64,000 nt of DNA from the NCBI GenBank assembly GCA_036556745.1, contig DATBIW010000122.1, positions 15,116 through 79,115 on the forward strand, written 5' to 3'. Positions 38,244 through 47,910 of the stretch are shown in pieces (within the stretch, counting starts at the first letter, position 1; the number at the start of each line of letters is the position of its first letter). This DNA comes from Candidatus Limnocylindria bacterium (GTDB lineage Bacteria; Chloroflexota; Limnocylindria; QHBO01). The translations under genes were made by a program, and so were the position numbers. Below the pieces are notes generated by a model, which searched no databases, had not been told where the DNA came from, and was given only the letters and a program-made list of their open reading frames with translations.

Positions 38244-39503
38244 ATGCCGCTCCGGTCCGACGCAGAGAACTTCGCCCTGATCAAGGTCATCGGCATCGGC
38301 GGTGGAGGCAGCAACGCCGTCAACCGCATGATCCGCGCCGAGATGATGGGCGTCGAGTTCATCGCGGTGAACACCGATGCCCAGGCGCTCCTCCAGAGCG
38401 ACGCCCCCCACAAGATCCGGGTGGGCGACAAGATCACCCGCGGCCTTGGAGCCGGCGCCGACCCGGCCATCGGGCAGCGCGCCGCCGAGGAGGACTCCGA
38501 GAAGATCTACGAGGCGCTCAAGGACGCCGACATGATCTTCATCACCGCCGGGATGGGCGGTGGCACCGGCTCGGGCGCCGCCCACGTGGTGGCCGAGATC
38601 GCCAAGGACCTCGGCGCCCTGACCGTCGCCGTCGTCACCAAGCCGTTCAGCTTCGAGGGCGCCCGGCGCAAGCTCGTCGCCGAGCAGTACACCGAGACCC
38701 TCAAGGACAAGGTCGACACCCTGATCGTCATCCCGAACGACCGCCTCCGCGAGGTCGTGGACAAGAAGACGTCCATCCTCGACGCGTTTCGGGTCGTCGA
38801 CGACGTCCTCCGCCAGGGCGTCCAGGGCATCAGCGACCTGATCACCGTCCCGGGCCTGATCAACCTCGACTTCGCCGACGTGAAGACGATCATGCGCGAG
38901 GCCGGCAGCAGCATGATGGGGATCGGCATCGGGACCGGCGAGAACCGGGCCGTCGAGGCCGCCCGGGCCGCCGTCATGAGCCCACTCTTGGAGATCAACA
39001 TCCAGGGCGCGCGCGGCATCCTGTTCAACGTCACCGGTGGCAGCGACCTGGGCCTGTTCGAGGTCAACGAGGCCGCCGAGGTCATCAAGGAGGCCGCCGA
39101 CCCGGAGGCCAACATCATCTTCGGCACGGTCATCGACGATCGGATGCGCGACGAGGTGAAGGTCACCGTCATCGCGACCGGGTTCGACGCGGCCCGGAGC
39201 CGGCCCAAGCCGGCCGTCCGCCCCCAGGCGGCGGGGGCGCTTCCCGGGATCGAGTCGTCGCTCGACGACAAGAGCCGGGAGCTCCTGGCCGAGATCGAGC
39301 AGGCTCGGATCGAGAAGTCGGCGTTCACCGTCACGCCGGCCCCGGAGCCGGTCGAGGCCGAGGCCGAGCCGACCGAGGTGTTCCAGCCCGCCGAGCGCGA
39401 GCCGGTGGCCACCCGCCCGACGTCGCTCGAGCGGCCGGCCTACGGCGACACGGACCTCGACATCCCCAGCTTCCTCCGCCAGCCGAGCCGCGAGCAGGAC
39501 TGA
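38244..39503 (+). CDS. ftsZ: cell division protein FtsZ
   Basis: 419 aa. [13 protein letters not shown] and GGGTGSGAA tubulin signature. C-terminal DIPSFLR peptide. AGGAGA Shine-Dalgarno. Confidence 0.97.
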   Translation: MPLRSDAENFALIKVIGIGGGGSNAVNRMIRAEMMGVEFIAVNTDAQALLQSDAPHKIRVGDKITRGLGAGADPAIGQRAAEEDSEKIYEALKDADMIFITAGMGGGTGSGAAHVVAEIAKDLGALTVAVVTKPFSFEGARRKLVAEQYTETLKDKVDTLIVIPNDRLREVVDKKTSILDAFRVVDDVLRQGVQGISDLITVPGLINLDFADVKTIMREAGSSMMGIGIGTGENRAVEAARAAVMSPLLEINIQGARGILFNVTGGSDLGLFEVNEAAEVIKEAADPEANIIFGTVIDDRMRDEVKVTVIATGFDAARSRPKPAVRPQAAGALPGIESSLDDKSRELLAEIEQARIEKSAFTVTPAPEPVEAEAEPTEVFQPAEREPVATRPTSLERPAYGDTDLDIPSFLRQPSREQD

Positions 39504-39527
39504 AGCGGCCGCACCCGTCCAACCGAT

Positions 39528-39551
39528 GAGCCCCGGCCGAGGCCGGGGCTC
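39528..39551 (+). terminator. stem-loop GAGCCCCGGCC..GGCCGGGGCTC after ftsZ
   Basis: 11-nt complementary arms 25 nt after the ftsZ stop. No U-tract. yggS starts 16 nt later, so termination may be only partial. Confidence 0.4.
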
Positions 39552-39566
39552 GTTGGCGTCCCGGCC

Positions 39567-40295
39567 ATGACCGAGGACCCCGTCGAGGTCGCCGCCATTG
39601 GCGCCCGCTGGGCGCAGGTTCGGCGCCGGATCGAGGCCGCCGCGGCGGAGGCCGGCCGCGACCCGGGGGAGGTGCGGGTCGTGGCCGTGACCAAGGGCTT
39701 CGGTCCCGAGGTCGTCGAGGCGGCGCGCCGGACCGGCCTGGATCGATTCGGCGAGAACCGGGTCCAGGAGGGCGAGCGCAAGGTCGCCGTCGCCCCGGAC
39801 GCCGAGTGGCACCTCGTCGGCCACCTCCAGTCGAACAAGGCGCGGCGCGCGGTCGAGGCCTTCGGCTGGCTCCACGGCGTCGATTCGGCCGGGCTCCTCC
39901 GCAAGCTCGACGCGGCGGCGACCGAGGCGGGCCGCCGGCCCCAGGTCCTCCTCCAGGTGAACGTCGCCGCCACCGCCACCCAGCACGGGATGGCCGCCGC
40001 CGACCTGGCTCCCGGCCCGGCGCAGGAGACCCTGCTGGCGACCCTCGACGCGCTCGGGTCGCTGGACGTGGTCGGCCTGATGGGGATCGGCCCGCTCACG
40101 TCGGACCCGGCCGTGTCCCGCTCGGCGTTTGCCGCGCTCCGCCGCCTCCGGGACGGGCTGCGCGAGGCGAGCGGCCTGCCCCTGCCCGAGCTGTCGATGG
40201 GGATGAGCGGCGACCTGGAGGCCGCCGTCACCGAGGGCGCGACGCTCGTCCGGATCGGCACCGCGATCTTCGGGGAGCGCCCCGAACCGGCCTGA
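39567..40295 (+). CDS. yggS: YggS/YlmE family pyridoxal-phosphate homeostasis protein
   Basis: 242 aa. VVAVTKG (PLP Lys), GENRVQE, HLVGHLQSNKA and SMGMSGD motifs. Confidence 0.9.
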   Translation: MTEDPVEVAAIGARWAQVRRRIEAAAAEAGRDPGEVRVVAVTKGFGPEVVEAARRTGLDRFGENRVQEGERKVAVAPDAEWHLVGHLQSNKARRAVEAFGWLHGVDSAGLLRKLDAAATEAGRRPQVLLQVNVAATATQHGMAAADLAPGPAQETLLATLDALGSLDVVGLMGIGPLTSDPAVSRSAFAALRRLRDGLREASGLPLPELSMGMSGDLEAAVTEGATLVRIGTAIFGERPEPA

Positions 40296-40338
40296 GGCCG
40301 CCGCCGGAGCGGTCGCGGACCGCTGCTATGCTGCCGCC

Positions 40339-40590
40339 GTGCCGGCGGTCCTCATCACGTTCATCAAGCTATTGAGCACGCTCCTCTGGGTGCTCCTGCT
40401 GGCCCGCGTCATCATCAGCTGGACCAACCCGCGCGGCGGCGGCGCGATCACGGCCACGATCTACCAGCTCACCGAGCCGATCCTGGCCCCGATCCGGCGG
40501 ATCCTCCCGCCGACCGGCGGCATCGACTGGTCGCCGCTCATCGCGATGCTGATCCTCGGCGCCCTCTCGCGCGTGGTGTACGCGCTCTGA
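40339..40590 (+). CDS. yggT: YggT/YlmG family membrane protein
   Basis: 83 aa, two TM helices. ARVIISW...LTEPILAPIRRILP..GGIDWSPLI pattern. Confidence 0.88.
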   Translation: MPAVLITFIKLLSTLLWVLLLARVIISWTNPRGGGAITATIYQLTEPILAPIRRILPPTGGIDWSPLIAMLILGALSRVVYAL

Positions 40591-40745
40591 CCCGACTGCT
40601 CCGCCGGATCGGCGTCCTCCAGCCTCTCGCGGAGCGGGACTTCGCGTTCCTCACCGCGGGCTCGTTCGTCTCGCAGCTGGGCGACGGGTTCTTCTTCGTC
40701 GCGCTGGCCTGGCAGGTCTATGACCTGAGCAACGTCCCGACCGCG

Positions 40746-41861
40746 ATGTCGATCGTTGGGCTCGCCTGGACCCTGCCGCTCATCCTGTTCGTCCTCATCG
40801 GCGGCGTCCTCAGCGACCGATACGACCGGCGTTGGCTGATGGTCGGTGCCGACCTGCTCCGCGCGGCCGCCATCGGCCTGCTGGGCATCCTGTCGATGGC
40901 GGGGACCCTCGAGATCTGGCACATCCTGGTCCTGATCGCCTTCGTCGGCGTGGGCGACGCGTTCTTCAACCCGGCCTCGACCGCGATCGTGCCCGACCTC
41001 GTGGACGAGGACCTCCTCCCGCAGGCGAACGCGCTCGGCAGCCTCGTCCGGCCGCTGACCGGACGGCTGATCGGGCCGGCCATCGGCGGGTTCACGGTCG
41101 CCTTCGTCGGGTCGGGCGCCGCGTTCCTGGTCGATGCCTCGAGCTTCCTGGTCTCGGCGGTCGCCATCGCGTTCATCCGCGCCCGGCCGCATGCGGAGGT
41201 CGTCGAGCACGGGGTCCGGCATGCCCTCCGGGAGATCGGGGAGGGGCTCGCCTACGTGCGCTCGAAACCATGGATCTGGGCCACCTTGATCTCGTCGATG
41301 CTGAGCCTGCTCGTGTTCGTCGGACCCGAGGAAGTCCTGCTGCCGTTCCTCGTCCGGAACCGGCTCGAGCTCGAGGCTGATGCGCTGGGCGCCATCTTCG
41401 CGGTCGGCGGCATGGGCGCCATCGTGATGGCCGTCATCGTCGGCCAGCTCGGGCTGCCCCGGCGGACGATCACCGTGATGTTCGTGTCGTGGACGGTGGG
41501 GGTGCTGATGATCGGGGGCTTCGGCCTCATGACCGAGCTGTGGCACGCGCTCGTGGTCTCGGCGGTCAGCGCGGCCCTGTTCGAGCTCGGGTCGATCATC
41601 TGGTTCACGCTGCTCCAGCAGCTCGTCCCGCGCGATCTGCTGGGCCGGGTCTCGAGCCTGGACTGGCTCGTGTCGGTCGGGCTGGTGCCGCTGTCGTTCG
41701 CCCTGACCGGGCCGGTGGCCGGGATCATCGGCCCGGAGACGACGCTGGTGGTGGGCGGCGTCCTGGGGGCGGTCCTGATGCTGTCGCTGCTCTTCGTGCG
41801 TGGCGTCCGCGACCCCGAACGGCAGGCCGCCGAGCGCGGTTCGGAGGAGGCCGCGGCCTGA
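40746..41861 (+). CDS. MFS transporter (DHA3/EntS-like); the true start is probably upstream at a non-canonical codon
   Basis: 371 aa from the first ATG. GGVLSDRYDRRWLM loop motif and about 11 TM helices. The same frame is open back to 40296 and encodes a conserved-looking first TM helix (FAFLTAGSFVSQLGDGFFFVALAWQVY) with no ATG/GTG/TTG. Confidence 0.85.
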   Translation: MSIVGLAWTLPLILFVLIGGVLSDRYDRRWLMVGADLLRAAAIGLLGILSMAGTLEIWHILVLIAFVGVGDAFFNPASTAIVPDLVDEDLLPQANALGSLVRPLTGRLIGPAIGGFTVAFVGSGAAFLVDASSFLVSAVAIAFIRARPHAEVVEHGVRHALREIGEGLAYVRSKPWIWATLISSMLSLLVFVGPEEVLLPFLVRNRLELEADALGAIFAVGGMGAIVMAVIVGQLGLPRRTITVMFVSWTVGVLMIGGFGLMTELWHALVVSAVSAALFELGSIIWFTLLQQLVPRDLLGRVSSLDWLVSVGLVPLSFALTGPVAGIIGPETTLVVGGVLGAVLMLSLLFVRGVRDPERQAAERGSEEAAA

Positions 41862-41910
41862 CCGCGCGCCCGGTGCCCATCAGCGCCGTGGCTATACTGG
41901 CCGCTCGCGC

Positions 41911-41987
41911 GGGCGATTAGCTCAGCTGGTTAGAGTGCACGGTTCACATCCGTGAGGTCACTGGTTCGAGTCCAGTATCGCCCACCA
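41911..41987 (+). tRNA. tRNA-Val (anticodon CAC), CCA encoded
   Basis: Manual cloverleaf: acceptor GGGCGAT/ATCGCCC, D arm GCTC-AGCTGGTTA-GAGT, anticodon stem CACGG/CCGTG with loop TTCACAT, T arm ACTGG-TTCGAGT-CCAGT, discriminator A followed by an encoded CCA. TATACT hexamer at 41894-41899. Confidence 0.92.
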
Positions 41988-42017
41988 CCCCCCTGCCGCC
42001 GTCCGGGCCTCGGCCCT

Positions 42018-42962
42018 TCAGGCGCTCGTGCCGTCCGACGTCCCGTCCGATGTGCCGTTCGACTCGAGCTCGGCCATGGCATCCACCGGCTCGCCGTTGG
42101 CCGGGGCGGCCTCCGCCACCGCGGCGACCGCCATCGCGCCGTCCTCCGCGGGCTCGGCGACTGGCTCCCCCTCGCCGTTCGACTCGGCCTCACGCCGGAC
42201 GATCTCCTTGGCGAAGAACTGGAGCGTGCTCCTGGTCTTCGTCTCCTGGGCGCTCAGCAGGTCGATCCCGAGGTCGCCGAAGAACAGGCGGGCCTCGGTG
42301 GCGGCCTGCATGGTCTCGCCCGGCGGGCACTTCAGGGACAGTTCCAGCAGGCGCTTGCCGTCGGGGTAGAACCACATCTCGGCGGTGATCTTCCGGTCGA
42401 ACCCCTTCGGCGTGGCCACGACCTTGAGGGCGAAGATCGGCCCCAGCACGACGAGGTCATCCCATGAGACCCCCTCGGGGGCGTGGGACTCGAAGAACTC
42501 GCGCTGCTCCTTCGAGAACAGGCGCCGGATCGGCTCCTGGCCGAAGTGGACGTTGCGCGTGTCCCCGGTGGACGGCTTGCCCTTCAGGGAGGCCGAGCAG
42601 ACGTAGCCGCCCGGCATGGCGTCGACCTCGACCTTCATGTTCGGCGAGACCCGCAGCTCGGCGTCGATGTGCTCCGGGTCGACCGGCCGGATCTTCACCA
42701 CCGAGTCCTCGCCCTTGCCCTGGACCCGGCGGGCTCGCAGGTTCAGGCCGCTGTTGTACAGCGCCAGGTCGGGCGTGTCATAGAAGTAGATCTGCCGGAT
42801 CTGGGCATCGAGCGGATCGATCCCGAGCGCGGTGAGCGCCGAGCGCTGGCCCGACGCGGGAACGGTCAGCTTGAGCTCGATGCTGTCGGCGCCCTTGGCC
42901 AGCCGGAGCAGGTCCTTGAGCTGGTCATCGGTCAGCCGGGAGGTCTTCGGAGCGACGGGCAT
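42018..42962 (-). CDS. CYTH-like (triphosphate tunnel metalloenzyme) domain protein with acidic low-complexity tail
   Basis: 314 aa. N-terminal IELKLTV (ExK-type start of CYTH domains) followed by alternating basic and acidic beta-strand-like segments. The C-terminal ~70 aa are Ala/Glu/Pro-rich and end in GTSDGTSDGTSA. The family call is from pattern recognition only. Confidence 0.6.
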   Translation of the reverse strand: MPVAPKTSRLTDDQLKDLLRLAKGADSIELKLTVPASGQRSALTALGIDPLDAQIRQIYFYDTPDLALYNSGLNLRARRVQGKGEDSVVKIRPVDPEHIDAELRVSPNMKVEVDAMPGGYVCSASLKGKPSTGDTRNVHFGQEPIRRLFSKEQREFFESHAPEGVSWDDLVVLGPIFALKVVATPKGFDRKITAEMWFYPDGKRLLELSLKCPPGETMQAATEARLFFGDLGIDLLSAQETKTRSTLQFFAKEIVRREAESNGEGEPVAEPAEDGAMAVAAVAEAAPANGEPVDAMAELESNGTSDGTSDGTSA

Positions 42963-43036
42963 TGGTCCTCACCTCGTGAGCAGGCGGTCGAGTGTAGACC
43001 CTCGCCCCCGGAATCGCCTACCGGACCAACGGCACA

Positions 43037-44302
43037 ATGGCCGCCATGGGCGCTTCGTCCCGGCTCCGCGTCGCGATCTTCGGCGAGTCGTACCTGCCCT
43101 ACCTCTCCGGGGTGACGGTCTCGACCGAGACGCTCGCCCGTGGCCTGGGGGCGCTCGGCCACGAGGTCCTGCTGGTCGTCCCGAGGCCGGCCAGAGGCGC
43201 CGAGCCGGGGAGTGCGGGGGCGCCGGGGCCCGAGCCGGAGGTGGCGTGGCTGCCCTCGTACCGGGTCCCGCCGGCCCCGGAGGGGTACCGGATGCCGGTC
43301 CCCATCCGGTCGAAGGCCCTCCGTCGCGCGACCGAATTCGCCCCGGACATCGTCCACGCCAACTCGCCGTTCACCTCGGGTCTGATGGCCCGCTCGGTGG
43401 CCCGCCGGGTGGGTGCGCCCCTCGTCTTCACCCATCACACCCGCTTCGCCGACTACGGCCACTACCTCGGCCCCCTGGCTCCGGTCTCGGGCAAGGCCTC
43501 GGAGGCGTGGCTGGCCGCCTGGTGGGCGGGGTGCGCCGCGATCGTCGCGCCGTCGGAGGCCCTCGCCGGCGAGATCCGGGCCGCGCTCGGCCGGCGGCGG
43601 GTCCCCGTCGTGCGGGTCGTCCCGACCGGGATCGACGTCGGCGCCATCGCCGCCATCCCCCAGGGCCACCCCCGGCGCCGCGCCGGCTGGCCGGTCGGGA
43701 CGAGCATCGTCCTCGTCTCGCTGGGCCGGGTGGCCGAGGAGAAGTCGGTCGACGTCCTGGTCGAGGCCTTCGCACTGGCCGCGCCCCGGCGCCCGCTCCT
43801 CCGCCTGCTCTTCGTGGGCGGCGGACCGGCCGAGGACGTCGTCGCCCGTCGCGCCGCCGAGCTGGGGGTCGGGGACCGGGTCCATGTGACCGGGCGGCTG
43901 CCGCGGGGCGAGGCGCTGGCCCTGGTCAAGGCGTGCGACGTGTTCGTCTTCGCCTCCCAGACCGAGACCCAGGGCCTCGTCCTGGCCGAGGCCCTGGCGG
44001 CCGGGGTCCCGGTCGCCGCGGTGGACGGCCCCGGGGTGACCGAGACGCTCCGCCCCGGCGTGGACTCGATCGTCGTCCCGGCCGACCCGGTCGAGGGTCG
44101 CGCGGCCCGCCTGGCCGAGGCCGTCGCCGCCCTGGTCGGGGACCGTCGCCGCCGGGAGCGCCTCGCGCGCCGGGCCCTGGACGGAGCCGACAGGTTCGAC
44201 GCGTCGGCCCGGGTCGCGGAGGTCGTGGCGCTGTACCGCGAGGTCCTGGCCGCCCGCCGTCAGTGGCTTGCGGTCGAGGAAGCGCCGACTACAATGCGCT
44301 GA
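43037..44302 (+). CDS. glycosyltransferase, GT4/group 1 family
   Basis: 421 aa. N-terminal RVAIFGESYLPYLSGV and a C-terminal GT-B half with FVFASQTETQGLVLAEALAAGVPV (E-x7-E-like). Confidence 0.85.
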   Translation: MAAMGASSRLRVAIFGESYLPYLSGVTVSTETLARGLGALGHEVLLVVPRPARGAEPGSAGAPGPEPEVAWLPSYRVPPAPEGYRMPVPIRSKALRRATEFAPDIVHANSPFTSGLMARSVARRVGAPLVFTHHTRFADYGHYLGPLAPVSGKASEAWLAAWWAGCAAIVAPSEALAGEIRAALGRRRVPVVRVVPTGIDVGAIAAIPQGHPRRRAGWPVGTSIVLVSLGRVAEEKSVDVLVEAFALAAPRRPLLRLLFVGGGPAEDVVARRAAELGVGDRVHVTGRLPRGEALALVKACDVFVFASQTETQGLVLAEALAAGVPVAAVDGPGVTETLRPGVDSIVVPADPVEGRAARLAEAVAALVGDRRRRERLARRALDGADRFDASARVAEVVALYREVLAARRQWLAVEEAPTTMR

Positions 44303-44303
44303 C

Positions 44304-44555
44304 ATGCGCCCCCGGCCGTCGTCCACCGAGTTCGAGTACCTGGGCCGGACCGTGGCGCGACGCGACCGCCTCGGGCTCTCCCGCCCGACCATGGTCTACC
44401 ACCATCCGCTCCGCGACCGGCGCACGACGGCCACCGTCCACGCCCTCCGCTGCCAGACGAGCCGGTTCCGCTTCCCGGACCTCGGCCGCCTGGCCGCGCA
44501 CCGCGCCCACCGGCGCTCGCTCCCGCTCGGTCTTCCGCGCGCCGACCGCGGCTAG
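44304..44555 (+). CDS. possible small Arg-rich protein (83 aa), very uncertain
   Basis: About 95 percent G/C at third codon positions in this frame, against about 77 percent in the neighbouring plus frame. No Shine-Dalgarno seen, no family recognised, and the composition is extreme (about one quarter Arg). Confidence 0.3.
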   Translation: MRPRPSSTEFEYLGRTVARRDRLGLSRPTMVYHHPLRDRRTTATVHALRCQTSRFRFPDLGRLAAHRAHRRSLPLGLPRADRG

Positions 44556-44565
44556 CTCGAGCGGC

Positions 44566-45020
44566 GTGCCCGTCAAGCGCACCGCCCGCGCCACCTCGGC
44601 GGGCGGCGTCGTCCATCGGTCCACCCCGGCCGGTCCGGAGATCGTTCTCGCCCACCGCCGGTCGCCGGCCCTGTGGGCCCTCCCCAAGGGCACCCCGTCC
44701 GACGGGGAGTCGATCGAGCAGACGGCCCTCCGCGAGACGTCGGAGGAGACCGGCCTGGCGGTCGAGATCGAGCGGCCGATCGGCCCGATCAGCTACGCCT
44801 TCGTCCGGGGGACGACGCGCTACCACAAGACCGTCCACTTCTACCTGATGCGCCCGATCGGGGGCGACCTCGCCAAGCACGACCACGAGTTCGACGACGT
44901 CCGCTGGGTTCCGCTGCCCGAGGCTCTCCGGCTCATGAACTACCCGACCGAGCGGAGCGTCGTGGAGGAAGTCGAGCGGGTCCTGGCCCGCGCCCGCGAG
45001 GCAACCCCCGAACCGGTCAC

Positions 45021-45024
<4 letters not shown>
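44566..45024 (+). CDS. NUDIX hydrolase
   Basis: Tail of the artefactually long track ORF 42832..45024, from GTG 44566. Nudix box GTPSDGESIEQTALRETSEETG. The stop overlaps the gcvT ATG (ATGA). Confidence 0.8.
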
Positions 45025-46186
<1,162 letters not shown>

Positions 46187-46190
<4 letters not shown>

Positions 46191-46570
46191 GCCTGCCCGA
46201 TGACCGCCGTTACTCGCGCGAGCACGAGTGGATCCGTCCCGAGGGCGCGGAGGCCGTCATCGGCCTGACCCAGTTCGCGGTGACCGAGCTGGGGGACATC
46301 GTCTACGTCGAGCTGCCGGCCGTCGGGAGCTCGATGACCCAGTTCGCCAGCTTCGGCGTTGTCGAGTCGGTGAAGGCGGTCAGTGACCTGTTCGCCCCGG
46401 CCAGTGGCTCGGTCGTGGCGGTCAACGATGAGCTCCGCACCCGCCCGGAGCTGCTGAACAGCGACCCCCACGGGGACGGCTGGGTCTGCCGGATCACGCT
46501 GGCCAGCCCCGACGAGCTCGACGGCCTGCTGGATGCCACCGCCTACGCGGCGCTGACCGGGGGCGCATGA
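46187..46570 (+). CDS. gcvH: glycine cleavage system H protein
   Basis: 127 aa. HEWIR N-terminus and lipoyl-Lys motif VESVKAVSD. GTGA overlap with gcvT. Confidence 0.95.
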
Positions 46571-47910
46571 CCTACACCCCCCATACCGATGCCGACCGGG
46601 CGGCCATGCTGGCCGCCATCGGGGTGGCCTCGGTGGACGACCTGTTCGAGGACATCCCGGCCGCCGTGCGGGCGACGCGCTTCGCCGTGCCGCCCTCGCT
46701 CACCGAGCAGGAGGTCCGGGCCGAGCTGACCCGCCTGGCCGGCCGCAACCGGCTGCCGGAGGTCTCGTTCCTCGGGGCGGGCGCCTACCGGCGGCTCATC
46801 CCCGCGGTCGTGGACGAGGTCGTGGGCCGAGCCGAGTTCGCGACCGCCTACACGCCGTACCAGCCCGAGGTCAGCCAGGGCACCCTTCAGGCGATCTACG
46901 AGTTCCAGACCCTGACCTGCGAGCTCACCGGCCTCGAGGTCGCGAGCGCGAGCCACTACGACGGGGCGACGGCCACCGCCGAGGCCGCCCTGATGGCCTG
47001 CCGCCTGACCGGGCGGGACCGGGTCGCGGTCTCCCGGGCGGTGGACCCCCAGGTCCGCCGGGTGCTGGCCACCTACTGCTCCGGGCCGGGCATCGAGGTC
47101 ATCGAGGTGCCGGCCGATCTTGGCGACGGGGGCTCGGGCCAGACCGATGTCGAGGCCGCGGCATCCCTGGCCGGAGCCGATGTCGCCTGCCTGGTCGTCC
47201 AGCAGCCCAGCTTCCTGGGCGCCCTCGAGCCCATGGCCCAGCTGGCCGACGCCGCCCATGCCCACGGCGGGCTGTTCGTCACCCTCGTCGATCCGGTGAG
47301 CCTGGCGGTTCTCGAGGCGCCGGGCCGCTACGGGGCCGACATCGTCACCGCCGAGGGCCAGCAGCTCGGCATCCCGCTGTCGTTCGGCGGACCGTACCTG
47401 GGCCTGATGGCCGCGCGAATGGACGCCGTTCGCCAGCTCCCGGGCCGCCTGGTCGGGGCCACCCGCGACGGGGAGGGCCGTCGCGGCTACGTTCTCACCC
47501 TCCAGGCGCGCGAGCAGCACATCCGCCGCGAGAAGGCGGCCAGCAACATCTGCACCAACCAGGCGCTGTGCGCCCTGGCCGCGACCGCCTACCTCGCCGC
47601 GCTCGGACCGGAGGGCCTCCGGGAGGTGGCCGAGCGGTCTGCTACGCAGGCCCGCCACCTGGTGGCCACCCTCGAAGGAGCGGGCCTCGCCACGCGGCGC
47701 CTGGCGGCGCCCTACCTGAACGAGGTCGCCCTCCACGTCCCGGATGCGGCCCGGCGCCACGCGGCGCTGGCCGAGGCCGGGATCGTGGCCGGCTTCGTCC
47801 TCGAGGCCGAGTACCCCGAGCTGGCGGACACGCTGCTGCTCGCGGCGACCGAGCTGACGACCGACGAGGACGTGGCCCGCCTGGCCGAGGCGCTCGGGGA
47901 GACGGCATGA
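46567..47910 (+). CDS. gcvPA: glycine dehydrogenase (decarboxylating) subunit 1
   Basis: 447 aa. Split P-protein N-terminal half (FLGAGAY, TPYQPEVSQGTLQ). ATGA overlap with gcvH. Confidence 0.93.
   Translation: MTYTPHTDADRAAMLAAIGVASVDDLFEDIPAAVRATRFAVPPSLTEQEVRAELTRLAGRNRLPEVSFLGAGAYRRLIPAVVDEVVGRAEFATAYTPYQPEVSQGTLQAIYEFQTLTCELTGLEVASASHYDGATATAEAALMACRLTGRDRVAVSRAVDPQVRRVLATYCSGPGIEVIEVPADLGDGGSGQTDVEAAASLAGADVACLVVQQPSFLGALEPMAQLADAAHAHGGLFVTLVDPVSLAVLEAPGRYGADIVTAEGQQLGIPLSFGGPYLGLMAARMDAVRQLPGRLVGATRDGEGRRGYVLTLQAREQHIRREKAASNICTNQALCALAATAYLAALGPEGLREVAERSATQARHLVATLEGAGLATRRLAAPYLNEVALHVPDAARRHAALAEAGIVAGFVLEAEYPELADTLLLAATELTTDEDVARLAEALGETA

Noticed and set aside
44303-45020. Glycine riboswitch upstream of gcvT
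   Set aside because: gcvT starts inside the NUDIX stop (ATGA). Neither the 44303-44565 segment nor the NUDIX gene contains the conserved tandem-aptamer cores. Only a covariance-model scan could fully exclude it.
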